Shown in pieces: positions 27,801 to 40,119 of a stretch of DNA of 64,000 bases (the first letter of the stretch is position 1; each line of letters begins with the position of its first letter). A model generated the notes under the pieces. That model ran no database searches, was not told where the DNA came from, and was given only the letters and a program-made list of their open reading frames with translations. A program made the translations under genes and the position numbers. This stretch comes from Malacoraja senta (Eukaryota): positions 8,434,001 through 8,498,000 of the forward strand of contig CM075997.1 in assembly GCA_038087875.1 (NCBI GenBank). Reading direction: 5' to 3'.

Positions 27801-29596
27801 GGAGACCCACCTGGTGGGCTCGATGACCGCCTTTAGGATGCCCATTTTTACCATACTGTGTAGCGTCGACTCCACTCAGGCCTTGATGGCGAAGGAGACA
27901 CGGTGAGGTCCATTGACCACTGGTTCGACCTTGCGGTCCTACTGCAATCTTGTAGCTGCAGGGCAGTTTGCCCAGCTCATCATCAAAGCGGTCGGGATAT
28001 TCGACCAACGGGTCCATGAGGGCCTGCACCTGGTGAATGTCACGGTGGAAGGATACCAGGCCCATTTCCTGGCATGCCTGGATACCCAGCAGGGTAATGC
28101 ATTTTTGATCGAGGAGATAGAAGGTGAGGGGCCAAGAGGACTCCAGTATCTTGCAGCTTAGCGCAGCCTGGCCCACAGGAGTAAGAACCCCTCCCCCGTA
28201 GGCATGCAAAGTTGAGCTGTCAGAAAGAATCTGCTCATTAGTTCTTATCTTTTTGAAGAGTGTTGTTGACATAACGTTCGCAACCGCCCCGGTGTCAATC
28301 TTAGCAGTGAAGGTCGACTTGTTCACAGTTACTCGCACTGAAGGGTCTGTTATCATAGCAGGTGCGCCCAACACAGTAAACAGGCTGTTCTCCCCCTGAG
28401 AGGAGTGTGATGCAGATACAGACTGTCCATCGAAATAGCACGGGGAGCTGAGCTCATTATCAGTTTGTAACAGGTTGTTTAAATTGCACCTCGGAGCAGC
28501 GAAATGCTTCCCACGGGAACGACAGGCCGCAGCGAAATGGTTCAATTTTTTGCAGACATTACACGTTTTACCCAAGGCAGGGCACACATTGTATTGATGA
28601 GTGGTGAAGTTACAATTAGGGCACCTTTGCCGGGCACGTCCCCCGGGAGCAGTTCCGAACCCCGGGGCACGTCCCCCTTGAGCAGCGAGCGACCCCGTGG
28701 GCCGCGACCGGGACGTGTTCATCAGACGGCTGGAAGTGCTGGCAAGGTTAATCTCCTGCTAAGCCGGTGACACCGCCGAGGTGACAGCCTCAGCTAAGCG
28801 GGTGGCATGCATTGCATCGTTGAAAGTCAGATCGGGCCTCCGCAAAAGTTCGGCCCTGAGCTTATCATCGCGGAGACCGTAAACCAGAAGGTCCCTAATA
28901 ATCTCCTCGGGGTCAGCGTGTTGAGGCGGCAGCGCCTGGCCAGGTGCCGCAGCGCAGAGACCTAGTTCTCTGCTGATTCCCCAGGGAGCTGACGCCGCGC
29001 GAACAGTTTAAAACGTTCTAAGATGCAGTTTGTTGGAATGTCACAAATAGCATTAAACTTAGCCACCAGACATACCGGGTCACGAGCAGATTCTCCCGCA
29101 GCGTAGACGAAGAAGTCTGAGCGAGCCAGGGCCCCGGGACCAGCCAAGTTGAGAAGCAGAGAGGCTGTGAGCTCTGGGGTGGCGGCAGGATGAGCGATGG
29201 TGACATAGTGGTCAAAGTCACGTTTGAAGACATCCCATCGATGGGCAATGTCTGAATCGAAAACGAGCACATCAGGCTTACGGGCAGAAGTGGCCATACG
29301 AGGAAATGAGAAGGTAGGGGAAACAAAAAACTGGGACAAAATTAAATGATAAACCGATAGACAGGAGGCGCAAGGTAAGAGGTATGACACCATGTAAAGA
29401 AGCTATAACGACACATCGTTACTTTACTATCTTTATTCATACTGGAGCATTGCATATGGCACTAGCTGTACGTGGTCTGTCACAGGAACTAGAGAGCGAT
29501 CTGTGTGTGGGGAGGTTGTAGTTATACTTGTGATATGGTGAGTGGTTAGTAGTGATGAGGTCACTATATTAAAGGCACATGCATATATCATCTACA
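24853..29596 (-). mobile_element. Gypsy/Ty3 LTR retrotransposon B (gag-pol 29297-25126, frameshifted)
   Basis: 204-bp LTRs at 29393-29596 and 24853-25056 with 4 differences and TG...CA ends; PBS TGGTGTCA; PPT GGGGAAGGA; protease IDTGA, RT IVDD, integrase SDNG. Same family as element C. No TSD. Confidence 0.95.
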
Positions 29597-31465
29597 GAAA
29601 TATGTTTCTCCTCCCCAATCTACTCTCTCTCAACATTTACTCCCCATAATGATTTCCCTCAAACTACGGTCTGATGTAACTCACAAGTTGCCACACCTCA
29701 TAGAATATGCTAAATTCAACCCGAAATGTTCTCCTGAAATGCTGCCTGATCCACTTTTTTTTAAACCAGCAAGTTAGCTTCATTTCCCCTACAAGGACAC
29801 CCAAATCCCCTTGCAGAGTTACATTCTAAAGTTTAAATACTCTTATTTTCTATTCTTCCTCCCCAAAAGAAGAAAAAATATATATTCCTACATTATGCTC
29901 CAACTGCCAAATTCTGTCTCAGTCAACCTAAACTCTGCAATTTTATGTCATCATCACTTACTAACAAATTTGACTATAAAATAGTCTTGCTCTTTTTTAA
30001 TGCAAATTAATAACATGGGTGATGAATAACTGATATGCTAGCACTCGCTCTTTTGGCACAAGTGGTATTCTGGAAACTTGAAAACAGTCCCTTTAAGAAC
30101 AAGGAGTAGGCCATTTAGGACTGAGATATTGCCTTATCCAATCTCATCCAGTGTGGCATCCGTCTCCTTTTGAACTCAATTCGAAAGATAAGAAAATAGG
30201 AAGAAAACACTTAAAACACCAATGAGACAAAACAAACAACCTACATTTTTTCATCTCTCCTCTATTGAAATTTAAGAGAAAATAAAGAATGAACTTAATT
30301 TTCATAGATTTCTACCACATTTGCAAAGAACAAAGGAAATGAAATAACCTTGTGTGGCTTCACCTCCACACAGCTACTGACTTCTTAAAGAGACACACAC
30401 TAAGTCTTAAAACATATTAGTCTCTACAAGGAATTCCTACATAGAAGAGGAAAGCTCATTCAATGACATCCTATTTCATCTGAAGTGTAGGATTAAATCA
30501 GCATGCACCCAATTGTTCCACAAACACGTAACAATCTTTAAACTTAATTATTTTTATGCCTTTTTCCTGTGACATTCACTCACAAGTTGCCACACCTCAT
30601 AGAATATGCTAAATCTCACAGATATTCACATGCGGTGCTGGCTCGAGGGGCCGAATGGCCTACTCCTGCACCCATTGTCTATTGTCCATTGTGTCCGACT
30701 GCCCTACGACTACAGATATGCATGGAGGTGAGAATAATTTCTTATCATTTCTGGAGATGGTGGGAATTTTCTTTCATTATTGATAGCACAACATGAGTTC
30801 TGAAGAATTCCCAAGAACACTGTGAGGTCAGGAAAAACGTTCTTTACTGTTACGTATGGCACAAATGCGTCAAAACTTTATTTTGAAAAAAACACTTTGG
30901 GCCAGTGGCAGCCAGCTGGTACTGTGAGCAGTCGGCTGTGTGCAGCTTGGCTTACTGTTACATTTTCACTTGGTACAGTATAAATAAGAAGATGCTGGTA
31001 CTGTTGATTGTCTGCTCCTCGACAGGGCCAAGGAGGGCTTATATTAGAAACACTATCCCATCCGTTTCCCACCACGGAAAGCTGGCCTGTTGAGTTCTAC
31101 CGGCACTTCTACGCCTAGTCTATATACAAGGAACAGCAGGTGCTGGTTTACAAAAAGAGACACAATCTCCTGGGGGTAACTTGCACCTCTGGAGAGCATG
31201 GAAAGGCATCATTCTAGGTCAGGACCCTTCTTCAGACTGCTTGGTGTGGGGGGGTGAAAATTGGAAAGGAGAGGTGGGAGTGATCGCCTTAGATTCCCTT
31301 TACAGATATAGCCTGAACCACTGAGTTCCTCCACCGATTTAGAGGAAATGGACAGACGACATTTTGAGTCACGGCCCTCCTTCAGACTGATTGGAGAGAG
31401 TGGGGGGAGGAAGCAGGAAAAGAGATATGGGGGCTGGGCAAACCTGGAAAGTGATAGGTGGACAC

Positions 31466-32548
31466 AAAATGCTGGAGTAATTCAGCGGGACAGGCAGCAT
31501 CTCTAGAGAGGAATGGGTGACGTTTCAGGTTGAGACCCTTCTCCACAAGTGATAGGTGCATATTTGTGAGGGAGCCACAAGAAACTACAGATGCTGGAAT
31601 CTTGCATGGAACACAATTTAAATGCACAGAATCTCTTGCCCGGAGTGGGGGGATCCAGGACCAGAGGACATGGGTTCAAAGTGATGGGGAAAAGATTTAA
31701 TAGGAATCTGAGGGGTATTTTTTTCCACAGAGGGTGATGGGTGTATAGAATAAGCTGCCAGAGGAGGTAGTTGAGGCTGGGACTATCCCAACGTTACGGT
31801 TAGACAGGTATATGGATAGGACGAGTTTGGAGGGGTCTGGACCAAACGCAGGCAGCTGGGACTAGTGTAGCCAGTACGTGTTGGTCGGTGTGGGCAAATT
31901 GGACCGAAGGGCCTGTTTCCACACTGTTTCACTCTATGACTCTAACACAAAGTACTGGAGCAACTCGGCAGCATCTTTGGAGAACATGGATAGGTGACGT
32001 TTCACAGAGTGCTGGAGTAACTCGGCGATCAGGCATCTGTGGAGAACATGGATAGGTGACGTTCCGCAGAGTGCTGGAGTAACTCGGCGGGTCAGGCAGC
32101 ATCTGTGGAGAAGATGGATAGGTGACATTTCGGGTCAGGGCCCTTCTTCAGACTGACACGATGTTAACAGATGAGGGGTAAGTGACAGAGGCGAGATAAA
32201 ATAAGGAGATAAAAGGGTGTGAGATAAGGAGAGAGTAATTTATATGTGCAGCTTTAAGGGGTATTGGTCAGGTAGCATTTGGAGTATTGCATACAGTTCT
32301 GGTCACTCTATTACAGGACTGATGTGGAGGCTTTGGGGAAGGTGCAGAGATGGTTAACCAGAATGGTTCAAAAACATAGAACTGCAGATGCTGGTTTTCA
32401 AAAAAGCACACAAAATGCTGGAGCAACTCCATGGGACGGGCAGCATCTCTGGAGAGAACGAATGGGTGATGTTTCGGATCAAGTCTGAAGACGGTCTCGA
32501 TCCGAAACGTCACCCATTCCTTCCAGCAATTTGTGTCTACATAAACAG
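31466..32548 (+). repeat. Segmental duplication copy 1 (mosaic of Penelope-end, CR1 and tandem ~65-bp units)
   Basis: Collinear with 46817-47967, including shared junctions between unrelated repeat fragments. Confidence 0.85.
32482..32515 (+). ncRNA. Minimal type-I hammerhead ribozyme-like motif (Penelope-associated)
   Basis: AGT-CTGAAGA-C-GGTC-TC-GATC-C-GAAA-CGTC-ACC: CUGANGA core, short helix II, GAAA and a GUC cleavage triplet. Confidence 0.55.
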
Positions 32549-33915
32549 TCCCTTTTTGGACTGATGGAGTATGGGGAAAAAGCTGGAAAAAAGAGATGGG
32601 GTCGGGACTCCAGGACTAGATTAGGAAGAGAGGGGGAGTATATGCGGGATCTTGGAATGTATGCGGGATAGTTTTCTAAACCAACATTTAGAGGAACCAA
32701 CGAGAGAGCAGGCTATTCTAGACTGGGTATTGAGTAATGAGGAAGGGTTAGCCTTGTTGTGCGTGGCCCCTTGGGCAAGAGTGACCATAATATGGTTGAG
32801 TTCTTCATTAGGATGGAGAGTGACATTGTTAATTCAGAAACAAGGGTTCTGAACTTAAAGAAAGGTAACTGTGAGGGTAGGAGACGTGAATTGGCCAAGA
32901 TTGACTGGAAATTAATTCTTAAAGGGTTGACGGAGGATATGCAATGGAAGGCATTTAAAGACTGCATGGATGAACTACAAGAATTGTTCGTCCCAGTTTG
33001 TCAAAAGAATAAATCAGGGAAGGTAGTGCATCCGTGGATAACAAGGGAAATCAGGGATAGTATCAAAACAAAAGATGAAGCGTACAAATTAGCCAGAAAA
33101 AGCCGCCTACCAGAGGACTAGGAGAAATTCAGAGTCCAGCAGAGGAGGACAAAGGGCTTAATTAGGTAAGGGAAAATAGATCATGAAAGAAAACTGGCAG
33201 GGAACATAAAAACTGACTACAAACGTGTTTATGGATATGTGAAGAGGAAAAGGATTAGTTAAAACAAATGTAGGTCCGATTTCCGGTGGCGCTATGGAGG
33301 CTTGAGTCCAGCGCCAATTAGCTCCGTGCCGAAGAAAACTAAAACGGGAGAAAATCGGGTCTTACCTGCAGCGATCGCGATCTGAACGGCTGCCTGCCGC
33401 GTGACGTCATCAGGAGCGCGACTTGGACGGTATGTCGACACAACGTCCCCCCCCTCCCGTGGGACACAAAAAAAACCGCCTAAAGGGAAACCCCAACCGA
33501 TGGAAGAGGAAGGCCCAACTGAGGCCTCGGCCTCAGGTAGAATGACTGCCCAGGAAGACCCTCCGAAGAAAACAAAGCAGAAAAAGACTGAAATGGATGA
33601 TCTTAAAGCTTTTCTCGCTGCAGAATTGAAAACCTTTGGAGTGAATTTTAAAGAGGATTTTAAAGAGGAACTTAACTCTTTTAAGGTAGATTTTAAAGCA
33701 GAAATGCTTTCTACCGTTCAAGAAATACTGGAAGTCTGGAAGAGGTCGAGGGAGGAGGAGGTCGAGGAACAGAGGGAAGTGCTGGAAGCAAGGCTCGTTT
33801 CGGTGGAAGCGAGCCTTAAAATGGAGGTGGCCCCCATTCATCAAGAACTCGAACAACATAGAACAGCGATAACCGAACTTGAGAAATGGGCGGCGACAAG
33901 TGGGGAAACTGTAGG

Positions 33916-36900
33916 TGTAGATGAGATATGCATGTGCCTTTAACATAGTGACCTCATACCTACTAACCACTCCCCATATCACAAGTATATCTACAACCTC
34001 CCCACCCACAGATCGCTCTCTAGTTCCTGTGACAGACCACGTACAGCTAGTGCAATGTGTAATGCTCCAGTATGAATAAAGATAGTAAAGTAACGATGCC
34101 TCATTATGAATCCTTTACATGGTGTCAAATAACTTACCTTGCGCCTCCTGTTTATCGGTTTATCATTTAATTTTGTCCCAGTTTTTTGTTTCCCCCGCCC
34201 TCCTGTTTCTTTGTCATGGCCTCTTCTGCCCGTAAGCCCGATGTGCTCGTTTTTTATTTAGACATCGCCCTTCGATGGGACGTATTCAAACGTGACTTTG
34301 AACACTATTTCACGATCGCTCATCCTGACGCCACCCCCGCTTTCAAAGCCTCTCTGCTTCTCAACTTGGCTGGTCCCGAGGCCCTGACTCGCTCCGACTT
34401 CTTCGTCTACGCTGTTGGAGAATCAGCTCGGGACCCGGTATGTCTGTTGGCTAAGTTTGACGCTATTTGTGACATTCCGACTAATTGCATCTTAGAACGT
34501 TTTAAACTGTTCGCGCGGCGTCAGCTCCCTGGGGAATCTGCTGAGAACTATGTCATTGCGCTGCGGCACCTCGGAAGGCGCTGCCGCCTCCACGCGTGGA
34601 ACCCCGATGAGATTATCAGGGACCTTCTGGTTTACGGTCTCCGTGATGAGAAGCTCAGGGCCGAACTTCTGCGCAAGCCGGATCTGACTTTAGCCGATGC
34701 TATGCACGCTACTCGCTTAGCTGAAGCTGTTTACTCGGCGGCGTCGCCGGCTGAGCAGGCGATCAACTTTGCCAGCACTCCCAGTCATCTCATGAACACA
34801 CCCCAGTCGCGACCCCCAGGGTCGCTCGCTGCTCGAGGGGGACGCGCCCCGGGGTTCGGTGCTGCTACATGGGGAGGTACCCGGCAAAGGTGCCCTAATT
34901 GCAACTTCACAACTCATCAATTCAATGTGTGCCCTGCTTTGGGAAAAAACTGTAATGTCTGCAAAAAATTGAACCATTTTGCTGCGGCTTGTCGTTCCCG
35001 TGGGAAGCCTGTCGCTGCTCGAAGGGGAAATTTAAACAACCTTCTACAAGCTGACAATGAGCTCAGCTCCCAGTGCTATTCCGATGAACATTCTGTTTCT
35101 GCATCTGACTCCTCTCAGGGGGAGACCAACTTGTTTACCGTGTTGGACGCACCTGCTATGATAACGGATCCTTCTGTGCAAGTCACTGTGAACAACTCGA
35201 CCTTCACTGCTAAAATCGACACGGGGGCGGTGACCAACGTAATGTCAACATCCCTTTTCAACCAGATAAGAACTAATGAGCAGATATTTTCCCAGAGCTC
35301 AACCTTGCATGCCTACGGTGGGGAGATTCTTACTCCTGTGGGCAAGGCCACGCTACACTGTAAGATACTAGAGACCACTCGGCCCCTCACCTTCTATCTC
35401 CTCAATCGAAAATGCATTCCCCTGCTGGGGATCCAGGCATGCCAGGATATGGGACTGGTGTACTTCCACCGGGACATCCACCAGGTGCAGACTCTTATGG
35501 ACCCGCTGGCCGATTATCCCGACCGCTTTGATGATAAGCTAGGCAAACTACCCTGCAGCTACAAGATTGTAGTGGACCATAAGATCGTTCCTGTGGTCCA
35601 TGCTCCTCACCGTGTCTCCTTCGCCATGAGGGACAGAGTGGAGGCGACCCTACACAGTATGGTACAAATGGGCGTCCTAAAGGCGGTCGTCGAGCCCACC
35701 AGCTGGGTCTCTTCCATGGTTGTTGCTGCTAAAAAGGACATGAGCGAGATACGCATCTGCATCAACCCCAAAGACCTCAACCTGGCCATTCGACGCCCTC
35801 ACTACCCTATGAGAACGGTGGAAGACGTCGCTGCACAGGTTGGTCCAGCAACGGTTTTTTCTGTCCTCGATGCCAAAAGCTCCTTCTGGCAGATACCACT
35901 GGACGAGCGGTCGTCCATTTTGACAACTTTCGCCACCCCCTACGGAAGGTTTCGGTTCCTCCGAATGCCATTCGGGATCAACTCTGCCAGCGAGGTATTT
36001 CAGCGGACAATGGAGCAGTTGTTTTTAGGTCTACCTTGCGCCATAATTGTTGACGACATCCTCGTTTACGGTAAGGACGTTGCCGAACACGATGTCAACC
36101 TCCGCCTGGTCCTGGACCGGGCCCGGCAAATCAACTTGAAACTGAACCCCAAGAAGTGCCGATTCCGCGTCTCGGAGGTCACCTATGTTGGACATGTATT
36201 CACCGCTGAGGGATTAAAGCCAGACCCGCAGAAAACGGCTGCCATCTCAGGGATGCCCCCTCCTACCAATGTGGCAGGCCTGCAACGCTTCCTCGGCTTG
36301 GTAAACTACCTGGGAAGTTCATCCCCGACCTCAGCGAGCTCAGCGCTCCCCTGAGGGATCTGATCAAAAAGGACACGTCCTGGCTTTGGTTACCCAACCA
36401 TCAGAAGGCATTTGACATTCTTAAGTCTAAGCTGATCAGCACCCCCACGCTCAAGTTCTTTGACCTGCAGCGTCCCATTGTCCTCACCTGCGACGCCCCT
36501 CAGTTCGGACTCGGTGCCGCCTGTCTCCAGGTCCATGACGGCCTGCAGCTGCCTGTCTCCTTCGCGTCCCGCACCATGACCGCCACCGAACAGCACTACG
36601 CGCAGATTGAGAAGGAGCTACTGGCCGTGGTGTTTGCCTGCTCCAAATTCCGGGACTACATCGTGGGCAACACTTTCACCGTTGAAACTGACCATCAGCC
36701 ACTTGTCACCATCCTCAGCAAATCGATCCATGTGGCCTCATCACGCCTGCAGCGCATGATGCTGCAGCTCCAGCGCTTCACGTTCACGGTGGTTTATCGT
36801 AAGGGCAAGGACATGTTCGTGGCCGACACGTTGTCTCGCGCCCCGCTGACGTCCACCGCTCGCCACCAATATGAAATGTCTGAGTTATTGGTGCTACGAT

Positions 36901-38631
36901 TGAACATCGTCCCCTCACAGCAGATGAAGTCCCTGGTTGAACATACTACCAATGACCCTGCCCTGCAACAGCTGTCTGCCGTCATCCGGCAGGGCTGGCC
37001 TGACCGTCGTTCGGCACTGCCGGCTGGTGCCGTGCCCTACTTCCTGATTCGGGACGAGCTCGTACTGCACGACGGCGTGGTGGTGAAGGGTCACAAAGTG
37101 GTCGTGCCCGCGGCGCTGCACGACCACTATTTTCAAGTCGCACACCGCGGTCACCCTGGGGCCAGCTCTATTGGCCGGATATGGCCAAATACATCCGGGA
37201 GAGGGTCTCCTCGTGTTCCACCTGCAACAGCCTCGCCCCCCATCAGCAGCCTCAGCCGCTTCTACAGCAGCCCGCGCCCGAACTGCCCTGGATGGCGCTT
37301 GCCGCTGACATTTTCGAGTGGCGGGGCAAACACTTCCTGGTTCTCGTTGACTCCTACTCCAGCTGGTTTGTGGTCGACCGGCTGCATTCCATGACCTCTT
37401 CGGCCGTCATCGACAGGTTGTACCCTCATTTTGGCACTTTTGACCCCCCGGCAAGCCTGCAGTCGGACAATGGCAGCCAGTTCACGAGCTCCGAGTTTAA
37501 AGCGTTCGCTTCCAGATGGAACTTCCGCCATTTCACCAGCAGCCCGGAGTACCCGCAAAGCAACGGTTTGGCCGAGCGCGCAGTCCGCAGCGCCAAGCAC
37601 CTGTTGGAACAGTGTGGTGGCATTATCTCCGACTTCCATCTGGCCCTCCTCAACCTTCGGAACATTTCCCGCGACTCTGCCATGGGTTCACCTGCTCAGC
37701 GGCTCATGCCTCGCGCTACCAGACTCCCGCTCCCTGTGGCCCAGCGCTCCCTCATACCCTCCATCCGCCCACCTGCGGCGGTTCAGAAACGCATTGCCTT
37801 CAGGCACGACGTCCAGCAGCGTTCCCATGACAGGTCCTGCCACCCGCTGCCGCGCCTCTTCCCCGGTCAAGTTGTCGGTATGCAGACCGCTCCCGGTCAC
37901 TCCAAGCTCGCTACTGTCGTCGGCTCTGCGGGGTCGCCCAGGTCCTATCTCGTCGACCACGCTGGTGCCATTTACCGACGGTCCCGCCAACACCTTCGGC
38001 TCGTCAACGAGCCGCGTCCTCCTGCCGCGGATCCCTTTGCTCCCCCACTGCCTGTTTCGCGTCAGGGCTTTGCTCTGCCCGTCCTTCCTGACATGCAACG
38101 TTCTGCTCCTCCTCCGCCCCTTCCGTTCCACCCCACTCCGACTAGTCCTCGCTCGCCTGCCCGCGCTCTTCCCGGTCCTGACCTCGCATCTCCTCCGGGT
38201 TCGGTGCCGCGCTCTCCTCCGTCTCCTCCGTTTCTCCCATTCAGGTTCGTCTTTCCCCGCCGGTGCCTCTTCCTCCTGCAGGAAGGGTGGCTGGCGAGAC
38301 GCGAACCCGGGCGGGACGTCTTGTCAAACGGCCTGACCGCTATGGCGATTTTGTTTAACTATCCTAGCGCATGAGCCGTGGTCGCCATGTCACCATTGTA
38401 TTTGCCTGTCGTTTCGAAGAGGAAAGATGTAGATGAGATATGCATGTGCCTTTAACATAGTGACCTCATACCTACTAACCACTCCCCATATCACAAGTAT
38501 ATCTACAACCTCCCCACCCACAGATCGCTCTCTAGTTCCTGTGACAGACCACGTACAGCTAGTGCAATGTGTAATGCTCCAGTATGAATAAAGATAGTAA
38601 AGTAACGATGCCTCATTATGAATCCTTTACA
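33916..38631 (+). mobile_element. Gypsy/Ty3 LTR retrotransposon C, very young
   Basis: Identical 204-bp LTRs (33916-34119 and 38428-38631); 5-bp TSD GTAGG; PBS TGGTGTCA; PPT AAGAGGAAAGA. Confidence 0.97.
34216..38358 (+). pseudogene. Gypsy C single-ORF gag-protease-RT-RNaseH-integrase, open to ~36320 then disrupted
   Basis: Two Cys knuckles (CPNC..H...C and CNVC...H....C), IDTGA, LDAKSSFWQ, MPFG, IVDD, YAQIEKELLA, SDNG; frameshifts near 36320 and 36500 and a 28-bp deletion near 37162. Confidence 0.9.
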
Positions 38632-40119
38632 GTAGGTCGACTCATTATTGAAAACCAACGCCTCACCGATATGGTGATCAAATTAAGTGATAAATGTACC
38701 GATTTGGAGGGGCGTCAAAGACGTAAGAATCTAAGAATTGTAGGGGTGAAAGAAGGAAGTGAGAGGGAAATGGGCCCTCGGGATTTTGTGGCAGACCTAC
38801 TACAAAAAGTCTTAAAATTGGATCAAAAACCTTTACTCGGGCGAGCTCATAGAGCGCAGCGGCGTCGTACACAAGATGATACCCATCCAAGACAAATTAT
38901 CGTAAAGGTGCAACTGGATCATGAATTTGACGAAATAATGAAGAAAATTGTCCGAGGCGGACAGCTCCATTTTGAAGGTGTGAGGTTCAGTATCTACCGA
39001 GATTATCCAGCAGAGGTCTTCAAGAAAAGGGCGCTGTTCACTGAGACAAAAAGAATACTGAAGAATGTACCTGATTTGAGATACGGCCTGCTCTACCCCG
39101 CAAGACTAAGAGTCACCTACAAGAACAAGGAGCAATTTTTTACAGACCATGAAAAAGCACTGGAATTCGCCAAAGAAATTGGGAACGTGACCGCAGACTG
39201 AAGAATTTACATTACCCTTCAGGAGTCAAGGATTAACGGGACCGCCAGATCTAAAAGGATCTTTAAAGTTCTTTTAAGAGCTTTAAGGACATTTGAAAAC
39301 CGAATGGACAGTGGACATTGGAGAAAACCGTGTTTTGTTTTTTTTTTTAATTAATTTTTTTAATATTTTTATTAATCACTATTATTATCTGTATATTCAT
39401 ATCTAACTATATATGTAATAACTAATACTTATTAAATATCTATATTACTACTAACATTATTAACATTTATATTACTCATAAAAATTTAATACTGGGTATG
39501 ATTGATAACAATGATTAATAACTAATTATTTCTCAATTTAAAATTAATTTATAGATTTAGCGAGGATATTAATATGATATGTAGAGTATAACAACATTAT
39601 GAATTTATGCTGTTCTTGGACTTTTCTGCAGGGATGCGTGCTTGTGTATGTATACATGTGGGTATATATATATATGTATATGTATATATATATGTGTATA
39701 TGTGTATGTATATGTGTGCATATATGTGGGTATGTATATATGTTTGTTACTCCCAAAGAAATTATTTGATTATTAGAAATAATCTTTTTTTTTTTTCGGC
39801 ACGGAGCTGGGAATTTTTTTTTTTACAAAGGCTACGGAAGTCTTTAGAATTCTAGCCACGTTAGTGTGGCTATCACTAACTACACTAATTGTAGATGTAG
39901 TTTTTTTTCTTTCACACTATACTAACCAATTCCATCACTTTTTTCACTTTAAATATTTTTATAACTTAATTTTTGAATGGAAAAACAAGAATAATACAAG
40001 GAGATGTGTTCGGAAGAACGATGTATATGATTTTAAATTCATCTATTTGAGGTTCAGGAGCAGGGTCAGGTTTTATGTGTTGCACCTTCTGCTCGGTTAT
40101 AGACCACCTTAGAAATAAT

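Larger units (their letters stand above)
33432..39201 (+). pseudogene. L1 ORF1p (coiled coil and RRM/CTD), split by Gypsy C at 33916-38631
   Basis: Removing the Gypsy and one GTAGG restores ...ETVG-RLIIEN...DLEGRQRRKNLRIVGVKEG...RAHR...YPARLRV in frame. The start codon is uncertain (ATG 33432 out of frame via a poly-C run; in-frame ATG at 33500). Confidence 0.85.
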
